In this document: positions 54,241-64,000 of the stretch, piece by piece
Numbering within the stretch: position 1 is the stretch's first letter
Layout of the letters: every line of letters begins with the position of its first letter
DNA from: Octopus vulgaris
Taxonomy: Eukaryota
Reading direction: 5' to 3'
Assembly (NCBI GenBank): GCA_951406725.2
Contig: OX597831.1
Span: forward strand, 39,246,001-39,310,000
Length of the DNA stretch: 64,000 nt
Notes under the pieces: generated by a model
Databases searched by the model: none
The model's input: only the letters and a program-made list of their open reading frames with translations
Told to the model about the DNA's origin: nothing
Position numbers and translations under genes: made by a program

Positions 54241-55098
54241 CGAGTTCTGGTTGTCAGTTTTAGTTATCTAGGGGTCAATAGTACAACTATGAAGATCAGT
54301 TTAAGCAGACAATAATGTGTCTTGGTGCAACAACTCCGCAAAGTTTTACTTGAAAACAAATTGAATATGTTGTATAGACATGTTGTATGTGACGTATAAA
54401 TCTTTTCCTTTTATGGCTTTCTCTCGCAAATTGAAGTAGCTAATAGAACAAGCATTATCAAACACCAAAGACCAGTCTTACATTATTTTGATTAATACTT
54501 CTTTTATTTTATAGAGATAAATAATTACAATTGCAAAATATTTAACAGGAGTAATCTCCCTACGTTCCTTCTTAATGATGAAGCCAAGGTAATGTAATGA
54601 TAAACATTTTCTAGTTTTTTTTTTTTTGTTTCTTTTTCTTTCTAAAGATAACTTGTGAAGTGATGACGGGAATAAAATTCTTTAACTAATTCATCAAAGT
54701 ATTCTAAGGAAAAGGTTTAGATAAATGACTTGAGGTCATAATAGAGACGAATGCCGCGTCTATTACGTTAGTGTCAGAGGCATTTCACCCCAATGAGACA
54801 CTCACGGTTGTGAGTGAGATAGCATCGTGAGAACAGCGTAAATGTTACTAAAATACATGGGAAAATTGTGGGTTTTATAACATTCATTGGACATTTCTAG
54901 AAGCGTTCAGAAACAATCTTTTGGAGTAATTTTCGGTCAGAAACCAAAGCGGCTTTGGCTACTATATTTTTCAACCAATGAAATGAGTCCTTTCAAATTA
55001 AGTTTGTTTTACTCGCAAATTACCGCCAATTACTTACAAACTAGTTTATTTTCATTCAATAAAACTTGTGTACGTGCGTGCGTGTGTGTGTATGCATG

Positions 55099-55171
<73 letters not shown>

Positions 55172-55180
55172 GTATGTATT

Positions 55181-56432
<1,252 letters not shown>

Positions 56433-56446
56433 ACAGACAGATAGAC

Positions 56447-56539
<93 letters not shown>

Positions 56540-56557
56540 TAGATATAAGCTTAAAAC

Positions 56558-56735
56558 TTATAAGTGATCACCGAGCAATTACTAACAAAAATATTGGGGG
56601 TCTATACGTACTTGACGGAAAAAGTAGAGTCACACGTGTACGAAAACCCTCCTTTTTTTCCGCCGAGTGCTTATATGCTCCAATATTAGACTATTTTCTT
56701 TAGCCATTGCACGGTGATCGCTTATAAGATATTAA

Positions 56736-56798
<63 letters not shown>

Positions 56799-56828
56799 CA
56801 TACATACATACATACATACATACATACA

Positions 56829-56862
<34 letters not shown>

Positions 56863-57041
56863 CATACAAGTGATCACCGAGCAATTACTAACAAAAATAT
56901 TGGGGGTCTATACGCACTTGACGGAAAAAGTAGAGTCACACGTGTACGAAAACCCTCCTTTTTTTCCGCCGAGTGCTTATATGCTCCAATATTAGACTAT
57001 TTTCTTTAGCCATTGCACGGTGATCGCTTATAAGATATTAA

Positions 57042-57116
<75 letters not shown>

Positions 57117-57142
57117 CATACATACATACATACATACATACA

Positions 57143-57176
<34 letters not shown>

Positions 57177-57184
57177 CATACAAG
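56558..57184. repeat. Tandem duplication (about 310-bp unit) of a 170-bp IR-bounded element plus (GATA)n(CATA)n
   Basis: aagtgatcaccgagcaattactaac.. at 56562 and 56868, near identical; ends ttataagtgatcaccgagcaat / attgcacggtgatcgcttataa are inverted repeats (20 of 22). Confidence 0.9.
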
Positions 57185-57878
57185 TTTTATTGAATGAAAA
57201 TAAACTATATACATACACATAAACATACGTACATACATACAAACATGCATGCTTGTATATAACTATATTTATACACAGCACAGCTTAGCCTTGTCATCCC
57301 GCAGTTAACTTAGTTGAACTGCCGAATAACACTACAAGTCATGGAATGATGACAAGAATATCACGAGGCATTTATGACCTTTTATGCCTGCTCGCAGCGC
57401 CGTCATATCCGGTTTCTGTGAGCGACGAAAAGATAACTGATCCGAAATGCAGGTATTCCACAGTCTGTTCAGGTGGAGCTGCATGATGACTCGTTGTATT
57501 TACACCCATTCGTTGACTGCGAGAAATTATCTACGTGGGAAAACACGATAAATGGTTTCATACGAGTCCGACTGTGCCTCGAGCATATTTGAACCGGTAA
57601 CTAGTCCATATAAATATATATGTATGTATGCACATGATACAGTCACAAATGAACTTAAGTGCAGTGCAGTAATGCAAAAGATAATTTGAGCTGCTCCCAA
57701 ACTTTCCATTGGCTGATACAACGCCATAGATCTCTCGTAAAAGCAGATCTGATCAACTGATCAACTTTCAATTCACCAACGACTTACAAATAATAACTTT
57801 CCTGTTGGAATTATTCTACCTTGACTAAACAATTATTCAACCAGACAGATGCATTTCTTTCAGTGATGGCAGATATTC

Positions 57879-57978
<100 letters not shown>

Positions 57979-58104
57979 ATGTATCTAACTGTCTATCTGT
58001 AAATGTATCTAACTATTTATCTGTCTGTTTGTCTCTATGCCTATATACATGTGTATGTGTATCTGTGTGTGTATGTATGTATATGTAAATATATGAATAT
58101 ATAT

Positions 58105-58172
<68 letters not shown>

Positions 58173-58300
58173 GTATATATGCATATATATACACACATAA
58201 ATATATATATATACGTGTATGTATAAATACATATATGAATATATAGATACATAGATGGGTAGACAGATAGAGAGGAAGATAAATAGTTTGATAGACAGAC

Positions 58301-58341
<41 letters not shown>

Positions 58342-58964
58342 TGTATGTATATATATACACCTGTCTGTCTGTCTATCTATCAAACGATTTATCATCCTCT
58401 CTATCTGTCTACCCATCTATGTATCTATCCATCTATCTATCCATATCTCTATATATCTCTCTCCGTTTTGAAGTATGAACTCCATGGAAGTCATCAAAAC
58501 TATCAATTATTGACAGATGGGAAAGTTAAAGTCATGGTGAGTGAAAAACCATCATGGACGCCATCTGGATATTTAGGTTACCATACAAAAATTTGGAAAA
58601 AATTAATTGACTCCTTTTATTCTTGTGTGTAAAGTGCATCGGTGTGGAATTAATATCGGTTCTTCTCTCATCCGGTTTTCATTATTCATGATTAATATTG
58701 TGAAAAATCTCCCACTGTGTTTTTCTTTGTCGCTTTCTTTTTGATTTTTTGTTTTTATTTTTTTCTTTCTTTCATTTTGTGTTTGATTTGTTTTTATCAT
58801 AAGCAGAGATATATTCCCATTATTCTGTCTGCTGCACGATCTATAGATCGTTCACATTGACACTAGACCAAAAGATCTTGAAAGGGATATATATATATAG
58901 TTAGATAGATAGATATATAGATATACAGATACATATATATATATACATACATATGTATATATAT

Positions 58965-59226
58965 TCTTTTATCCATTTATTTGTTTCAGTCATTCGACTG
59001 CGGCCATGCTGGAGCACCGACTTTAGTCGAACAAATCGACCCCAGGGCCCACTCTTCGCAAGCGCGTCACTTATTCTATCGGTCTCTTTTGCCGAACAGC
59101 TAAGTTACGGGGACGTAGATACGCCAACATCGGTTGTCAAGCGATGGTATATGGGGGACAAACACAAACATATATACATACATACAAACATATATATATA
59201 GAGAGAGAGAGGGAGAGAGAGAGATT

Positions 59227-59311
<85 letters not shown>

Positions 59312-60420
59312 GTTTCTTTATTGGCCACACAGGGCTGCCCACAGATGGGACAAATTACAAGGTAGAGCTTTTCTTTTGGGGGATGAAAAAAAAAGTGGCG
59401 TAGGTTTTCGATCAAAAGGGATCGTAAAAGGGAAAAAAAAAAGAAGGAAAAGAAGCAAAAGAAAAGAAAAAAGAAAAAAGAAGAAAAAAGAGGAGAAAAG
59501 GGGAAGAGGAAAAAAACGATCAATAGGGATCGTGTATCACAGTGTCATGATGTACGGTGTAAAGGGGGAAGCAGATAAGGTTTATCCGTGGGAAGAAAAG
59601 TCTACGAAAAAGACCACGGTAACCTCGGTCAATATTATTATATTTGTTTACAAGTGGGTAAACCTTTGTTTTTTAATATCTGGGTTCATAGGATTATGCT
59701 CAAGGTGGCTTCGTCATTCATACGTGCCATCCTTGCTACATTCACCCATCTTTTTTTTAAACCTTCGCTAGACAAAACCTGCCTCTCTACTCTCACTTTC
59801 CTTTTCAAGTGGTACTTGAAGAAGTTGATGAGAGATTGACCAGAGAGGAAAGTGTTTGTCTCCAATCCTTTCAGACGCGTCCACCAGATTCTTTCGGCAT
59901 GGCCACAACGATGATGAAAATAGTTCTTCCTTCCCGTTTGAAGGAAGGAGGCGTGACAATATTGACGATGGACTCAGCTGATAAACCGACTCGTCCCACA
60001 CGTGACAGCAGTTGTTCGACATAAGCCCACAGGTCGGAAATTGTTGGACACTGCACGAGTGCGTGCAGAACGGTTTCGTCACTCTGACCGCATCTTGGGC
60101 AGGTCGGCCTCGTGTTTCTCGAGCCGTGTCTGTAGAGCTTATCCAGAACGGGTAGCGCTTCTCGGTAGCGCTTCTCGGTAGCACTGCCAGGCCAGGGATC
60201 TCTGGAAGTTGTCCATGTGCCCTGGTCCGAAAGTCGTCCCGAACAGGCGGGTCAGGTATTCCTCGTCGACGTTCGAGTTCGCCCCGAGCTCGTCGTCGTA
60301 CCTCCCCTCCACTAATCCCCTATAGAATGCTTGGGTTGTGATGAAGTCACTCAGGGTCGACCCGGGACGGCAGAGTTGCTTGAGAGCAACGCGACACTCG
60401 CGGTACCATAGATAGATAGT

Positions 60421-60497
<77 letters not shown>

Positions 60498-60655
60498 GAC
60501 GGGTTTCTTTCAGTTTCCGTTTATTAAATCCACTCACAAGGGTTTGGTCGGCCCGAGGTTATCGTAGAAGACACCCAAGTTGCCACGCACAAGGACTGAA
60601 CCCGGAACCATGTGGTTGGAAAGCAAACTTCTTACCACACAGTCACGCATGCGCT
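58965..60655 (-). mobile_element. SINE A split in two (3' half 58965-59170; 5' half 60497-60655) by a (GATA)n tract and a LINE
   Basis: The two halves are collinear, on the same strand, and join at the internal microsatellite position. Confidence 0.82.
59312..60408 (-). mobile_element. 5'-truncated Tx1/L1-clade LINE: ORF2 C-terminus with zinc knuckle plus 3' UTR
   Basis: ..FQRSLAWQCYREALP[13-bp duplication]VLDKLYRHG..TCPRCGQSDETVLHALVQCPTISDLWAYVEQLL (CCHC zf-RVT pattern); AATAAA just before the 3' end; (GATA)n on both flanks. Confidence 0.9.
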
Positions 60656-60727
60656 TATATATATGTGTATGTGCGTATGTGTGTATATGTTTTGTTGTAA
60701 TTATTTGTATGTATGTATATAGATATA

Positions 60728-60769
<42 letters not shown>

Positions 60770-60774
<5 letters not shown>

Positions 60775-60931
60775 GAGCAGCGGTTTCGATGTCGAGGGAT
60801 CGCGGGTTCGAATCTCAGACTGGGCGATGTGTGTGTTTATGACGAAACACCTAATCTCCACGCATCTCCGGCAGAAGATATGGCGAACTTCTGCTGACTC
60901 TTTCGCCACAACTTTCTCTCACTCTTTCCTC

Positions 60932-60935
<4 letters not shown>
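60770..60935 (+). mobile_element. SINE family D, 5' part
   Basis: gagcagcgg..gtcgagggatcgcgggttcgaatctcagactgggcgat..ctgctgactctttcgccacaactttctctc. Confidence 0.88.
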
Positions 60936-61018
<83 letters not shown>

Positions 61019-61119
61019 GATATATATTTATATGAAAGGGTACGACTGAGTTCGATTCCCGGCAGGGAAGTGTGTCCTTGAATAAGACATTGTATTTCAA
61101 ATTGGTCCAATCCACTACT

Positions 61120-61690
<571 letters not shown>

Positions 61691-61771
61691 TATGTGTGTG
61701 TATGTGTGTGTGCGCGTCTGTGTCTGCGTGCGCGTTCATACATACGTATATATATATATATATATATACGT

Positions 61772-62038
61772 ATCATGTCAGGTTGAAGATGGAAAGTATG
61801 ACTTCTCTTTGCAAATACCGACAGGGCACAGAAAGTGTGTCAATAGCCAGCTGGAAGAGGTGTCCTCCTGGGGCTACAAGCTACAATAGCATCCACTCTT
61901 AACGGTTAGCCCCATTTAAGTGGCAAATATACTTCATGACGTCGTGCAGATACTGTTCGCCATACCTTCTGCCGGAGATGCGTGGAGATTAGGTGTTTCG
62001 TCATAAACACACACATCGCCCGGTTAGAGATTTATCAT
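61772..62038 (+). mobile_element. Older partial copy of the 40.1-40.9 kb unit, with an inverted SINE D patch (61955-62032)
   Basis: gttgaagatggaaagtatgacttctctttgcaaataccgacagggcacaga..ggggctacaagctacaatagcatccac aligns to 40710-40870; ends gagatttatcat. Confidence 0.8.
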
Positions 62039-62663
62039 ATATATATATACATATATATACATATATATATAAAGGAGGTATATATATATATATCCGTATA
62101 TATATATATATATATATATATAAACACAAACACACGCAAACACACACACACCAACACACACACTGGCCTCAGATTGTGTAAATATCAAAGGTATATACAT
62201 AATTATATATACGTAGAAATTGAAGTGCCGTTCTCGAGTGAGTTTATTGAAAGGTGGGTGAAAGTTGCGAAAATGGCAAGAGTGGATGATACCTCTCAAA
62301 GTGTAGACCTGTGAATGAGAGAAACGGAATTGAAAAGGGCACTTGCTCCTGGGGTTTCAGGGGAATCTCAATTAGTAGGGTTCCTCGATTACCCCTAGAG
62401 GCCTTCCTGTATCAGGAGGGCCACATCTCTATCTTCTTCCCTGCCACTTTTTTATATTTTAAAACCTTTGCATACTATGCGTACGTCCCTTCTTTTTCAG
62501 TGTATACCTTGTATACTTACTTTCATTTTTATTTCATTTTATGATATATCTTTTATTATTTCATTATATATAAACCCCCACACTTTATGTTTGTCTTTGT
62601 ATCGTGCCCCTCATCCTTCACCCCAGTGGAAAATAAATGAAATGATTATTATTATTATTATTA

Positions 62664-62747
<84 letters not shown>

Positions 62748-63063
62748 CTTTTTTTTTTCTTCTTTCAAATTTGCTTCCATTTCTTGCCGAGTGTCTTCCC
62801 GACTCCTAGGGCAAAGAAACTCATTGTATACATTGGTAGGCCATTAAACCAAACTCAATAGTTCGTTCATTTTTTTTTAATTTTTTTTTTTAAGTTAAAT
62901 TAAAATACATGAGCAGCCACAATTCTCACATCGACAATGCTCTTCTCAATACGTGTGATGTACCAGTTAAGACAATCTTTTGCACTTCTTGCAGGGATGG
63001 TAAGCCAGGGATCATTCTCATATAAATTTCGGTTCCCTTCTTGATCATTCCTAGTGCTCCTAT
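62748..63063 (-). mobile_element. 5'-truncated R4/Dong-like LINE inserted in (TAA)n
   Basis: IGALGMIKKGTEIYMRMIPGLPSLQEVQKIVLTGTSHVLRRALSM* then 3' UTR; TAA arrays on both sides. Confidence 0.88.
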
Positions 63064-63212
63064 ATTATTATTGTTATTATCATTATTATCATTGTTGCTG
63101 TTGTTGTTGTTGTCGTCATCATAATCATCATTCATTATTATTATTATTATTATTGTTATTATCATTATTATCATTGTTGCTGTTGTTGTTGTTGTCGTCA
63201 TCATAATCATCA

Positions 63213-63256
<44 letters not shown>

Positions 63257-63257
63257 T

Positions 63258-63446
63258 AGGTGACGAACTGGCAGAATGCTTAGCGATATTTCGTCTGTCT
63301 TCTCGTTCTAAGTTCAAATACCGCCGGGGTCGACTTTGCCTTTCATCATTTCTGGGTCGATTAAATAAGTACCAGTTACGCATAGGAGTCGATGTAATCG
63401 ACTTAATCCCTTCCCCAAAGGATTATTATTATTATACAAAGGATTA

Positions 63447-63513
<67 letters not shown>

Positions 63514-64000
63514 CATTATTATTATTATTATTATTATCATTATTATTATTATTAATATTATCATCATCATCATCATCATTATTATTATTACTATCATTAT
63601 CATCATCATTAAGATTTCTGCGTGGGAAAGCAATGCATGCCATCAAAGTGACACTGGGGTACAAGTATATGAAGCCAAATAAACCCATCATGACCATATG
63701 TGCCTGACATGGTTATCTCATATCAAGACAAACAGCGCATTCTCTAGCAGGTGGGCGTCCAGTTAGAATTTTCTTCAGGTCGAGAAACCCATCCCGCTCA
63801 AAAGGACCCTGAATAACGTTTACTCATTTACTCTCTTACTTGTTTCAGTCATTTGACTGTGGCCATGCTGGAGCACCGCTTTTAGTCGAGCAAATCGACC
63901 CCAGAACTTATTCTTTGTAAGCCTTGTACTTATCCTATCGGTCTTTTTTGCCGAACCGCTAAGTTACGGGACGTAAACACACCGGCATCGATTGTCAAGC
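63258..64000. mobile_element. SINE B (63258-63420 +), TAA-associated repeat fragment (63620-63815 -), SINE A 3' half (63825-64000 -)
   Basis: Direct similarity to the copies described above. Confidence 0.85.

Noticed and set aside
56605-56655. ttgacgga..gtacgaaaacc as a degenerate hammerhead
   Set aside because: The core deviates at several invariant positions and the helices cannot be drawn convincingly.

Overview
AT-rich, extremely microsatellite-dense eukaryotic non-coding DNA (intron or intergenic). The SINE inventory and repeat style point to a coleoid cephalopod, most likely Octopus (inference). I found no host exon; almost all ORFs in the track are translations of (TA)n, (CA)n, (TATG)n, (GATA)n, (TAA)n and (GAT)n arrays. 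The window is a graveyard of transposable elements: about 35 copies of at least three tRNA-headed SINE groups, a decayed Penelope-like element (RT + GIY-YIG) with a 220-bp internal inversion, several mariner/Tc1 relics, a Buster/SPIN-type hAT relic, non-autonomous Helitrons, a Helentron-type HINE, and 3' ends of Tx1/L1, R4/Dong, Hero and RTE LINEs. The most interesting signal is RNA-level. Nine minimal type-I hammerhead ribozyme (HHR) motifs from about four repeat families are present, with palindromic helix III where it survives. One at 19102-19136 has a complete core. Two sit in a 352-bp, hairpin-rich, non-coding unit arranged as a partial tandem plus inverted copy (40096-40911), which looks like a retrozyme or Penelope pseudo-LTR. 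A second theme is microsatellite-targeted retrotransposition: a Tx1-like LINE lies twice in (GATA)n, and Dong-like and non-autonomous elements lie in (TAA)n. Coordinates were read by eye and edges of decayed repeats are approximate.
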